DNA of 64,000 nt from Eledone cirrhosa (taxonomy: Eukaryota): assembly GCA_964016885.1 (NCBI GenBank), contig OZ024743.1, positions 228,346,001 through 228,410,000 on the forward strand. Direction: 5' to 3'. Within the stretch, counting starts at the first letter, position 1; each line of letters starts with the position of its first letter. This document shows, one piece after another, positions 1-13,382 of the stretch. The notes beneath the pieces are model-generated. The model saw nothing but the letters and a program-made list of their open reading frames with translations, made no database searches and was not told the origin of the DNA. A program made the position numbers and the translations under genes.

Positions 1-474
1 CTCTCTGTGGGAAGAATGTGCTGCCCAAAACAAGTTAGTTATTAGTGACATCAGAATAAATGCGAAACAGAACAAGATATGCAGGAAAATATGGAGATGT
101 AAGGTTTTTAATCTAAAGGACCATTCTGTAAAATATAGGTTTAGAAAACCCTATGGGAAGCATTTGATGAGAAGGGTGAATTTGAAATGTGTGTGTGCCC
201 AAGCACAAATAACTGTAAAAATAGAAGACTATAAAAAATAATTGAGAATAGCTGAAGACAGAAAAAAGTGAACATTCATTTGACTTCCTCAGAGGCACCA
301 CTGTCTACGTTTTCCATCTCCAACTATTATCTATAGTAATCAACTATTATTATGGTCATTTGCATTGGAAGACCCACATTTCAAACTTTATATATCATCA
401 TAAATATATAATCTCTCTCTCTCGAACGTAAAATGATGATGATATATATATATATATATATATATATGTATAAA

Positions 475-519
<45 letters not shown>

Positions 520-2687
520 GAGAGAGAGAGAATGGAGGTTCAATGATCACTATTGCAGTCATTGCCATGCTTCACTTCAGTTATTGTTTCTCCATTGCAG
601 TAATACAATCATTACATAGATAACTTAATTATGAACATTTACTTCTGACATATAAAAATCAACTTGCTAAGACTTTTATACATTATGATTATCATCAACT
701 TCATTATTATTATTACTATTATTATTAATATCATCATCATCAACATCAATATTATTATACATTTATAGATATATATTTTTTGTTGTTATTATCAGGTTAC
801 TAACTATCTCACCCTTCTTGAATTGGTGGAGTAAATTCTTGGATATATGGTAAGAGAGTTGTTGTTCGGCAATCTCAAACGAATATAACCAGAAACCGAA
901 AATAAATAAATAACAAAACTGCATGATGTAGAAAAAAAAAATATATATGAGCAACTTTTAGTGTGTTTTTTTTCCCCCAAATCCAAAAAGGGCATAGATT
1001 ACTGTAAGCACTGAAGCTAGTCTGATGCTGTAGTAACTTATTGACATATCTGACAAATTTCCTTTTGCTGAAGTGTTGCTGTTGTTGTTAGTTTTCTCTT
1101 CTTGGTCTTTCTAGTTTGTGTTGGTGTAAAGGATGTGTTTGTGTATAAGGAAGGATGTGTTGGTGTGCAGGATGTGTTGGCCTGTGGTCAGCATTGAGAA
1201 GTTGACAGCTGTTTGACGTATTTGCAGTTTTAGGAAACCAGCTAACAAAATACATTTTGGAACAGTGCTCCCTATTTCTAATTCCTGACCCTTAAAACTA
1301 GCTTTCTCGAAACAATGTTGAAATTCATATATAATCAATTATCTTCTGTATTAATAACAACATCGACAACAACTTTATATATATTTGCCACATTTCTGCT
1401 GCTTCTCTAACAAATACTCCCAAATAATATATTAAGATTGATTCAGGATTCATTCAGCTAGCTCTACAAAACCAGTAATGTGTTCCAAATGAAACGAAAT
1501 AATGATTGCCATCCTTATTATTATCATTATTATTGTCATCCTCATCATTAGACTGGGCAGGAATAAATAATTTGAAATCCTTTAAAGGTTCTGTCAAAAT
1601 TTAGGTTGTCATATCACAGATAAGTATACAGGGAGGTAAAATGACAAGTAATTGACACAAAATGAATTCAGAAATGAAGAGACATCCTCTCAGAATTGTC
1701 ACAACCACATTTAATAAGAAAAAGATGATTGTACAAGCTGCCATAATATTTTTCAAGGGAAAGCAAATATTGTAGCTATGCTCCTTGTTTTTGTTCCCCT
1801 CTATTTCTATTGAACCTTATTAACAGCATAAAATGACATTTTCTCATACTTCATATCTGAAGACAATGACAAGGAGAAGAATCAGTCTGGATAGTAAGAG
1901 AGAAGAGAAAGTAATTTTCCACGTGGTTGACAAAAAGACAGTTACTTCTACTAAGGTGAGTCATTGCAATCAGATATCAAACAGGGCTGGTTTATCTCTG
2001 ACAATAATTCACAAGCCAATATTATGATAGATTCAGCTTTAAAGAAACTACACTATTCTGCTAATGCCAGAAGCATTTCTAACACTTTTAATACCAAGCA
2101 CTGGTTCTATAAAACAAAACCACCATATTTAAATTAACATTTTACAACAAAATTCCATATAAGAACCATTTGTTATGAGTGCTGCCTTAATAATAAAATG
2201 ATTTATAATTTTGCTAAATTCTCCAGATTTTTCATTAATACACTAAACACACTAGGCTATCCAACTAGAATTAATTAACCTAGCCAAAATACACCAAGTT
2301 ATTCAATTACAATTACTTAATATATACAATACTTATCATGGTATCCAATTATAATTACTTAATCTACTTAATATATGCTAGGTTATCTAACTAGAAATAC
2401 TTAACCTACCCCAAAATACTAGTTTATATTACTATAATTAGGTTATAGTGTCTAGCTGTAGTTATATGCTAAGTGAGAAAATAGTTCTATCAACCAAGTC
2501 TAACCTATCAATTTCAGGGCCAAAACATCACTATAGCAGTGTCCAGGTGATGGAAAGCAACTAAAGGTGGAGATTTCTATAGTCTTGGCTGATTCAATTC
2601 TTTAGGAATGATTTAAGACAATGCAGTGGCAGTGGACTTCATTTATAAGCCAAATCGTTGAAAGCAACACATATGTTTCAATCTCCT

Positions 2688-2877
2688 TTGGCAGTATCGG
2701 ACAACATGCTTTGTGGAATTGAGTTATGGCCCTTTAAATTCTGAGTTCAAATCCTACCGAGGTTGTCTTTGCCTTTCATCCTTATGGGGCAGATAAATAA
2801 AGTACCAGTAATGCACTGGGGTAGATTTAATCGATTTTTCCGTTCTGGCTTTGTGCCTAAAGTAGAAACAATTATTA
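2688..2877 (+). mobile_element. Meta/MESC-like SINE copy
   Basis: Homologous to 8150-8337. Confidence 0.8.
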
Positions 2878-5800
2878 CTCCTCAGTGAAGGATATTCACG
2901 TAGAAAGTGCAGCTAGATTAAGAATAGATATAAGAAATAGATATAAGAAAAGGGAAATATATAATTCACTGAATATACATGTTAACAAAAGGTAAGGTAA
3001 AAATACCTGAGGGGGACACACTGTATATCTAAGTAGAAACACAGTCTACACAAAATATATTAAGTTATCCAATGAGAATTGCTTAATCTATGATAATAGA
3101 CAAGTCAACATTAACAATGCTAGAATGTCATAAAACCAACCAGAACCTGTCTGTAATTACAACATCTACAACATATTTTCTCGAACAATAGAAGTAAAAT
3201 GGTCAATATATGTTAAATGTGTAATTTCAACGTTTTATTGTTTACTACTTAATAAGATTGAATTGCTGCTTGCTGAAAAGTTCTACTGTCGTTTAATTGC
3301 ACACATTTATTTTCTGCAATAGAACTATCATGCCATCTTCAGCCAACACCTGGGTTTCCCTAATTCTGAATAAAGAGCATTAAAAATAGTAATATATTGT
3401 GTCCACTCTATAGTGTAAAGAACATCCTGTCTTTACAAGTGTTGTAGTCATCTTGTGAGAGATAAATAAGGCAAGGGAGGGGTAAATATAACAATATAAA
3501 CATAAAATAGATGCAAAGTAAAAAAGCTAAATAGAAACATAGAAAATAAAATACGAACATCAAAGTTCTTTATAACCTCACAACAGAATTAAACTCCAAG
3601 TATGTACTTTAACACGAAGAACAACAAAACTTGCCATATTGAGTTCTCCATTATAAGACAAGACAACTGGCAGAGAGATAACGCCATAAAATCAGATGAA
3701 ATACATCTCCATCTGCAGCGAGCAATTTTAATTGCAAATATATTCCTACAGAGTCCACAGCGCCAATAAGAGCACTTTACCATTGCTGTATTCACGCTTG
3801 GTAAATTCCATAAGGAGAGGTGTCACTTCAAACTTGCAGATAATTGCAATTAAATGGTGGTAAAGGCATTTTGATAATTCACCGTGCAGATAAGGAAGTG
3901 AGATACTAACAGAGCTGATGCCAGTGACATAATGAACCATGGTAAAAGTATTGACAAGGAAACAAGAAGAAATAAATTTTCAAAACTACATTAATATACA
4001 CAGATAACATGACTGCTGCTTCCAAAGATGGCATGCTTGATTAAATTGCACCCAAATTTCTAAATTATGCTTGACATAAACAGCTTTTGTAAAATTTTCC
4101 CAATTCGAAAAAGCAAAAACAAACAAGATTGAGAACTAGAAATCATTGAAGAATTCGTTGGGTTTCTACATGAAAATAAATAAATGAATAAAAGACTGTA
4201 GAAATTATGATAGTTTAATGGAGTAACTTGTCACAGATAAAAATCTGGGGAAAATGTCTTTCTTGTTTTTTTTTTTAATTTTCTTTTTTCTTTTTCTAAG
4301 GAAAAACAAAACAGTAAATGGTGAAGAGGGTTCCCTGATTATTGATATTTTGGTAAAGACAACAGAACATTTTGTAGAGGATCAATTAAGTAAAAAGATG
4401 TATTTCTTTTACGATATTAGAGATAACAAATGTTCACACATAAATATACAAAAACATTTGTACATACACACATACATACACACACATATACACATTTACA
4501 TACACACGTACATACAAAAACATACACACACACAAAATCTGCATGATAGTTAGTGTGATCATTTATTTGAATATTTTGAGCAGTTACCATGACAATAAAT
4601 GTTCATGCTGTTCTAAATGTTTATTATTTATAATATTTTGATAAGAGCAGATGTCTTTTGATTGGTTATCAACATTTCTGGTAGGTGAGGAGGTCTAGTG
4701 ATTTGGATGTTGGACTCCTTATGATAAGTCAAGAGAGGAGTGGGGAGAATTGTGTGTTCTTGAGCAAGACACTTCATTTCATATTGTTTTTCATGATAGA
4801 ACTGGGGTCTTAATCTAAAAACACCAGAGAAACCTATGAGTTACAACTCTGTAAGATGCCACTTAAACGTTAACATATGTGAGCTGTAAATTTCATTTAA
4901 TTTGTTATGGAAAAAAACTCTGAAAACTCTGATGGCTTGTTTGTTTTGTCTTCAGCTTCACTTGTGAAAAGAGGGTTTTAACCCTGAAATATGCTAAAAT
5001 AAACTAGGTAAAATATTACTTTGTTATGTTTTGTTTTGTTTCATTTGTCATTTAATTTTATTTCATAGTAATTATGGATATTGCAATAAGATCAACAACA
5101 CTTTTAAGGTCTTTATATTATCATTATCATCATTTCACATCTATTTTTTATGTTGGCATGGGTTGTATGAGTTTTGATAGTCTGAAACAAAACATGGTTG
5201 AATAACCACATCTAGCTTATATATCCCATATTTTAGCAGGATTTCTACAGCTGGATGCTCTTACTAATGTGAAACATTTTACAGTGTATACTGGGTGTAT
5301 TTCATTACTGGACTATCATTAAAAAGTTTATCATGTATTCAGCCAGTTCAAAGGCACCTCTCTACTCAGTGTTGATTCAGTTCATTCACCATCCATGCTA
5401 TACAGGGTACCAGAAGCAGAGATTGTGTGCTTCAACATAAAATATGTTCACACACACACACATATACATGTATATATTTGTCAATATTAAACTCTACTTT
5501 GGTATTGATTACTCATTCTCACATCCTTTAACATCAGACGGGAATATATATATGTGTGTGTGTGTGTGGGGGGGGGCATTAGGAAGGGCATCCAGTAGTA
5601 GAAACAAACCGGATATATAGATATGAATGGTTGAAAGACATGGGTTACCAGACGTGACTTCTTGTTTCATAACATAACAAACCATCTAACCCATGCAAGC
5701 ATGGAAAAATAGACGATGATAAATGATGATGATGATACACACACATATATATAAAGAGAGAGAGAGGGTGAGGAAGAAAGAAGTTTCACAATATAATATA

Positions 5801-5934
5801 ATATTTCTATCACTGATCAAAAATAATCATGGAATAAGAAAATTCTTTAACTACATATAGGTTTCAAAGCAAAGAGACTGTCAAAACATTTGACCAGAAT
5901 CCTTGCCTAACTCTATATTCTAACCCCACTCCCA

Positions 5935-6640
<706 letters not shown>

Positions 6641-6797
6641 CCTGTCCAATGATGCTGGTCAAGCTATTGTGTCTCCAAAATACTGTCTAACAGATCAATG
6701 AACAGACCAGAACAACTGATAAATTGACGTTTATTCTGTCCACAAATTATTGTCTGATAAATCAATGAACTGTGCAGAAGTACTGTCTAAGCAGCCA

Positions 6798-7180
6798 CTG
6801 ATGATGTGATGGTGAAGGTGGTAGTGGTGGTGATGTTGGTAGTGATGATGATGATGATGATGATGGTAGTAGTGGTGTCGGTGGTAGTTGTAAAGGAGGT
6901 TGTGGTGGTGAAGGTAGTGGTTGTGAAGATGGTGAAAGTTGTCACATTGACAATGGCGGTGATGGTGGTTGTAAAGATGATGAATGGGGTAGTGTTGAAG
7001 GTGGTGATGGTAAAGATGGGTGTAGCAGTGAAGATGATGGTGATAGTGTTTGTAAAGATGATGAAGGTAGTAGTGGTTGTGATGATGGTGATGGTACTTG
7101 TGGTTGTGATGATGGTGATGGTACTTGTGGTTGTGATGGTGGTGGTGATGAAACAAGTAACAACAACAACAATAATAATT
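6798..7180. repeat. Degenerate (GTG/ATG/GTA)n trinucleotide tract (opposite-sense analogues at 53985-54510 and 60180-60835)
   Basis: Low complexity, open in several frames on both strands. Confidence 0.9.
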
Positions 7181-8149
7181 CTATATGTGCAATCCAGCAT
7201 AGTAGTCAGTTCGTGTGGAGTTTCTATCATAGTCCAAAGTTATTGGTGAAACTTCTTCCTTCTTCTTCCTCATCAAACAAACAAACAAACAAACACTTCA
7301 TGGTGGACACTAACATATCGATAAAGCCATCTGAATCTTTCAGAGGAGAAAATATTTTTCCCTTTTCTCTGACAACCGAGACATGATGAATGTAGCTCAA
7401 GTTGAGATTATAGATATGTGTAATTTCTTATGGGAAGGACAGAAACAACAACAACAATGACAACAAATCATGCAAGGCTCCAGCATGGCCACAGAGCAAA
7501 GTTCTGTTTCAAGAATATGAGAATTGGTTATGAAAGAAGGAAAGAGAGTAAATTCAGATAGCATGAATGCGTATGCATGTGTTTCTGTGGGTATACATAT
7601 TTTTGGGTGTATTACTGTATGCGTGTAGCTGTATGTATGTGTATGCATATATAGGTGAATATATATGGGGAAGGACACAAAGGTGGCTATCCCATGGGAA
7701 CAATGTCCCATTTTACATCCAGCCACACATCTTTAAGGGACAGTCTAGGGAGCTGCAGCTTGTGTAACATTCTTTTATCCCCACCCCTCACTTACCCAAA
7801 CATTGACATAAGCAGATTACTACCAGTTTACAAGGCTATGGATGATTTATTGCTGTTATTGGTGTTGCAATGTTGCACTATATCTGCTATGGACATTATT
7901 AATAGTGGATACATTATGACCAAATTGTTAAAGAGTTTGTTTCACTATCATTAGATCATGGGTTCAACCCCATAGTGTGGCATCCTGGTCAACCCAAAAT
8001 TTTGGAACGAAATTGAATAGATGGACTGTTCCTGTAATTCAAAAGACTTATCTTGTCACATACTGAGCCATACTGAATCTCCCTAAGAATTATGTTAAAG
8101 ATACATATGTCAGTGAAATACTCAGTTACTTTTATTATTAGCCAGTGTC

Positions 8150-8337
8150 GGTGGATTGGCAGTATCAGTAGAGGGTCGGATGCCATGCTTTCCAGCATAG
8201 TTACGTCCCTTTACGATCTGAGTTCAAATCCCGCTGAGGTTGACTTTGCCTTTCATCCTTACGGGGTCGATAAAATAAAGTACCAGTAATGCACTGGATA
8301 ATTGCTGGCCTTGTGCCTAAAGTAGAAACAATTATTA
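8150..8337 (+). mobile_element. tRNA-derived SINE (Meta/MESC-like central domain) with target-site duplication
   Basis: A-box-like TGGCAGTATC, B box GAGTTCAAATCC, GACTTTGCCTTTCATCCTTACGGGGTCGATAAAATAAAGTACCAG and an ATT tail. Flanked by ATTATTAGCCAGYGTC on both sides. Confidence 0.88.
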
Positions 8338-8385
8338 GCCAGCGTCAACAAATTAATGTTCACTTTTCCATACTAGCATAGGGTT

Positions 8386-8438
<53 letters not shown>

Positions 8439-8503
8439 GTGTATATATGTATATATATATATGTGTATATATGTATATATATATATGTGTATATATGTAT
8501 ATA

Positions 8504-8735
8504 TTCAGATTTGCTGGCCACTGTTGGCGCAGCAAGGAAGAAATAGCAGATGATGTGTTGTTATGGAGTCCATCTCATGGAGCAAGAAATGCTGGTCGTC
8601 CCAAGAAGACATACGTCAAGCAACTTGAGGACGATACTGGATGCACTGCGGAAGAACTGGCCAATGCTATGAGAGACAGAGATGGATGGAGGAAACGTGT
8701 CGTAGAAAGCCGAGCAAGCTCGACCTGATGATGGT
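8504..8735 (+). mobile_element. RTE-clade LINE 3' end (separate family)
   Basis: [39 protein letters not shown] is a typical RTE C-terminus; TGATGA tail, within (TA)n. Confidence 0.85.
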
Positions 8736-8849
8736 GTATGTATATGTATATATATATATATATATATACATGGAGAGAGAGATACTCAATGCATTTTATT
8801 GTGGTGGATTGACACAATCATTAGTGTTAGAAAATATCTTTCAATAATC

Positions 8850-9380
8850 ATAGTTTTGGCCCTTTATTTTTCGAGTTCAAAATCTTCCTCAGGAAGGCTA
8901 ACTTTGCTTTATATATTTCCCTCTCTGATAAAATAAATTACCAGTCAAATACCGAGGTTGCTTTAATTTACTAATCTCTCCCAACAAATTTCTGTCCTTG
9001 TGTCTATATTAGAAATCATTGGTTTGGCAGTATCGGTAGAGGGTTGTACAACAGGCTTTGCAGCACAGAGTTATGCCCCTTTCTGATCTGAGCTCAATCC
9101 TGCCGAGGTTAACTTTGCCTTTCATCCTTTACGGGGTCGATAAAATAAAGTACCAGTAATGTACTGGGATAATTGCTGGCCTTGTGCCAAAAGTAGAAAC
9201 AATTATTATTGTTACACTCGACAAAATGTTATGCAGTATTTGTTTTGGCTATTTTACACTATGTTCAAATCCTGATTAGTTCAACTTTGCCTTTCATCCT
9301 TCTGCAGGTCAATAAAATAAAGGTTCCAGTGAAGTACTGGACTTAATTATACCTACAATAGAAACCAACATTATTATTAT
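8850..9380 (+). mobile_element. Three head-to-tail Meta/MESC-like SINE copies
   Basis: A younger copy (~9021-9210) sits between two diverged copies. Confidence 0.75.
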
Positions 9381-9534
9381 TTTCAACTTCCTTTGAACTC
9401 TGCTTTTTCCCATATCTTGCTGAGTGTCAAATGGATACCTGTAGCGTATTTTGGTAACACATTTAACAATCAATTGGCATACAAATGCGACGATAAGGAC
9501 ATAAACACATCAGCAAATGTCTTTGCAAGCTATA

Positions 9535-9822
9535 TAAATTGATAATGACCTTCTCAGGATATAGACAGTAACAGTCAGCACTATTTTCTCTTTCACTTGC
9601 AGAGATGACTTTCCAGGTATCTGGTCTAAATACATTTCTGTTCCCTTTTTTATCATTCCAAGTATATCAAGTATCATTAGACAGGCCTTAAGATGCCTCA
9701 TTTTCTCAATTTCTATTATCAGATCTTTATATTTACTGAACATTCCAAATTCTTTCCTGGAGATGTTACAATCTGATGGTATGCAAATGTCAATTAAGTG
9801 GTATGATTTGTTTTTACAGTCG
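9535..9822 (-). mobile_element. R4/R2-group LINE restriction-like endonuclease C-terminal fragment
   Basis: LIDICIPSDCNISRKEFGMFSKYKDLIIEIEKM..LGMIKKG..IVL..ILRRSL fits the end of an RLE domain. Confidence 0.75.
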
Positions 9823-10902
9823 TTCCATTCATCATCATCACCATTTAATGTTTATTTTTCCATGCTTGCCTGGGTTAGACAGGTTGCCATGCTTTGAGGC
9901 CAGATTAATAAGCTGACAATGTTTTGCTCATACATTCCATTTTTGGCTCTATAATAATAATAGTAATAATAATATCATTCTGGAGTGATGCCATGCTGAG
10001 AAGGAGCCATCCAACCCATGCAAGCATGAAAAAGCAGACGTAAAAATGACAATGATTATTATTATTATTATTATTATGTTATTGTGAACCAAATTATAGT
10101 AAACATTATGTTAAAGAAAAACTGGGTTCCCCTTCCCCCATATTCTAGTTGGATATTGATATACTGTCTCAGACAGAAAAAAAAATGCTGAACATGTCTT
10201 ATCTTGTTTTTACAATTAACTTCTCGTCTATATCATTAATTAGCTTTTCTGTATAGTGTCTCTATTTACCAAGACTTTCTGAAGACATATTCTTAGAGTC
10301 ATACTTTGGTATTCTCCATTCTTTCTGGTATAAAAATACACTGTTTAGATGGCTAGCTGCCAGCAAATAAAGAACTACTATTATCATTAATTCGTTTGAT
10401 ACCAAACCACCTGAAACTGCCCCTGGTTCTACATTACAAAGCTGTTTGATTTAAAGTGTTTATACTTCTTTAAAAACCTTCAAGCATAATTTTATGTAAG
10501 ATACTTTTGTTAAGTTATGCCTGAAACTGCTTTGGTTCTTCGATACAAAGTTGTTAATTCTGAAGAACTTCTCTTAAGTTATGTTGATAATTCTAGCTAA
10601 ATAATGAGTAAGTTTGTTTACAGCAAAACACCTCCAAATTCTTGATTATTTTCAAATCATAGGCAGTGTCATTTAAAAAAATATGGTAACAAAAGGATAA
10701 TAATGGTGACAGCAGAATGCTAGGTTAACTGCATTCACTAACCCTTCAAATGGGAAACTAGTTATTATGCAGCTGTAGGCCAAAAATACAGCTAGGTGTG
10801 ACAGCATTTAACCTTGGGAGTCAGGGTTAATTTGATTGTTACACTTTCAACAACCTTAAATCTAAGGAGTGCAGTTGAATATATAATTGAAATCCTTAAC
10901 AA

Positions 10903-11060
10903 GCATAGTTCTGTGATTAAGGAGTTTGCTTAAAAACCACATGGCACTGGGTTCAGTCCCACTGCATGGCAACTTAGTCAAGGGACATCTATTATAGCCT
11001 CAGGTTTACAAATACCTTCTAAGTGGAATTTGATAGAGAGAAATAACAGGAACGTGTCAT
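10903..11060 (+). mobile_element. Third tRNA-derived SINE family, diverged
   Basis: AACCACATGG..GGGTTCAGTCCCACTGCATGGCA; related reverse copy at ~13515-13680. Confidence 0.6.
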
Positions 11061-11860
11061 ATAAATGTGTGTGTGTGTGTATATATAAGTGTATATGTGA
11101 CCATGTCGGTACTTAAGTCCTAGAATTTAATGATTTGACAAAAATAATTACTAGAATTACAAAAGATAAGTACTGGGATCGATATGTTCAGCCAAATCAA
11201 TGTAGTGCTTCAGCAAAGCTGTTATCTAATGAGTGAAACTAGTAAAAGAAAAAAAATAACAAAACAAAATTGTAAGTTACACTTTCAACAATGAAGTCAA
11301 ATCGAAGACATAATCAAAGTCTTTAGCATAATAAAAACAATGTTATGTGAAAATGATGTAGAAATCTATTCATCGAAATAGAAATCAGAACATTTGTAAA
11401 AAAAATTCATGTGCCCAGGTCTCCGTTAGTTATAATAATTGCCGTTGTCACTGAATTATTGATTATTATCATTATTTTAATGTGAAGTATTTATTATCGA
11501 TGACAAACATATATTCTTAAATTTATGATTTTTCAGCTGTCTCTTATCTGTTTCTGGTTTTCTCTAACTGTTTTTCAGCTCCATAACTCTATAATATTTA
11601 CATTATATCTAATTAGAGATTATTAAAATAGCTCTAATTTGGACAAAAAGAATATTAAACTAACTCAAAAAGCATATATATACATATATATTTGATAAAT
11701 GATAGGAATGACAAAAGCTACATGATGTAAAACTCTTGATCATTAAAGAATACCAACCACCAGAAAATTGATTCTTATCACTTTTCAAATACACTTTACT
11801 CTACTAAGGATTTCCGTCATATTCTATTATATATATATGCATGTGTTTGTGTGAATAAGT

Positions 11861-12076
11861 ATCATCATCATCATCATTTTACGTCCGCTTTTCCCTGCTT
11901 GCAAGGGTGGAACGGGTCTTATTCAGCACAGCATCTCTCCACTTGTCATGGTCCTTCGTCATCTCCACCGTGAGCTTCAGCGATCTGAGGTCTGTTCTCA
12001 CCACCTTCACCCATGTTTTTCGTGGTCCTCCTCTACCATGTCTTCCTTCAACTGGCATTTCCTGGCACTTCTTCAA
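11861..12076 (-). mobile_element. RTE (subfamily C) 3' end with almost no 3' UTR
   Basis: [36 protein letters not shown] immediately followed by (ATG)n. Confidence 0.88.
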
Positions 12077-13141
12077 GTATATTTATTAATATAAGAACAT
12101 TTATACACACATGCACACAATGATATACCCATGTGTGTGTCTATATGACATGGAAAATCAGAAATATAAAAACACGACGAAACACAAAAAAAGTGAAAAA
12201 AGTTATAGACATGTGCCACACTGAAATATATTTTGTCAATGAGCATATGGTAGTTTCTAGATGTACTTATGTATTAGTTCAAGTTGAAATCTCTGCAAAG
12301 CCTGGAGGTTCATATTAGACCTTTATCTAGTTTCATTCAAACTGAGTGATTGAGTTTCAGATATCCCCCTGGATAGGATACCAGTCCATCTCTACGTTAA
12401 TCCTCAACTACTATTGCTGGTACTCACTTTTTTCCAAGTGAGTTGATTGGGGTCAAGTAATTTGAACCAAAACATTATGATCATAAAATCAACTCATTAA
12501 TCTACCAGGATACATTGTGCCTAAGTATATCTATGGGCATTAATGTGCCAGCCAGTATTGACACAGCTTTAGTGAAATTAGATGTTTTGCTCAAGAGCAC
12601 TATACACCATGTGGTTCAGGAATTGAACCCATGATATTATGATCATAAGCCCAGCCAGCGTTTTAACCCACTAGTTCATGCTATGCATGTATACTTGTAT
12701 GTGCATTAGTGTGCCAGCTAGTGTTGACACAGATCATGCCGGTATATTTTAGCTCCAAATGTAAAAAATGAATATATTTTACTACACAACTCTAATGGTG
12801 GTCTGCTTTACCAAATGAAAATGGAAAAAACAAACAAAAGCTATCTTTCCTTGGCCTCACTGAAAGATTGATGATAACATTAATGGGGGGTAATAGTGAT
12901 AGCAGCAAACATCTGGCTTTCTGGTAACTTTCAACAACCACTGTGTTATGTTAGCATATTAGAACATGTTTCACTGCAATAGTTCACATCTACTCTCTTA
13001 GTTTGGCTCACTTTCTAAGATTATATAGTTTCAAAGGGAAATAAATGGAAAGGAAGAATGAGAGAAATAGAGACAGACAGAAGATGTTGAAAAGTACATT
13101 GCCTAATCTTATTCTTTTACTGTAGTGCTGGGACACTTGCC

Positions 13142-13382
13142 TTAAACTTTTTGATATCAACCCATCCAAAACCTGCTTTGGTTCTATGAAACAGAGTCAT
13201 TCATTTTAAAGGGTTTCTATTTACATTTAAATCTTTCAGCATGATTTTATATAAGAAATATATGTTAATTTACTATCTTAATAATGAAACAATTCATAAT
13301 TTTAGTAAATCCCTCAAAATCCTTCCTTGATTAATTGTAATAGAGTGCATTTCATTAAAAATATAGTCACGAGAGGGTTAAA
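13142..13382. mobile_element. piggyBac-like MITE, diverged (relatives ~10387-10700, 29270-29445, 54562-54802, 63113-63312)
   Basis: Shared AAAC..CC..TGGTTCTA..ACAAA body. Several copies end in AGGGTTAA or start with TAACCCTT (TTAA plus CCCT termini). Confidence 0.55.

Noticed and set aside
1115-1185. GGATGTGTTGGTGT short repeats
   Set aside because: Three or four imperfect units; an ordinary minisatellite.
6731-7249. His/Thr/Val-rich ORFs resembling mucin or His-rich proteins (also near 54 kb and 60.5 kb)
   Set aside because: Degenerate trinucleotide repeats open on both strands, with no convincing splice structure.
8150-8240. tRNA genes suggested by A/B boxes
   Set aside because: No convincing cloverleaf; these are SINE heads.
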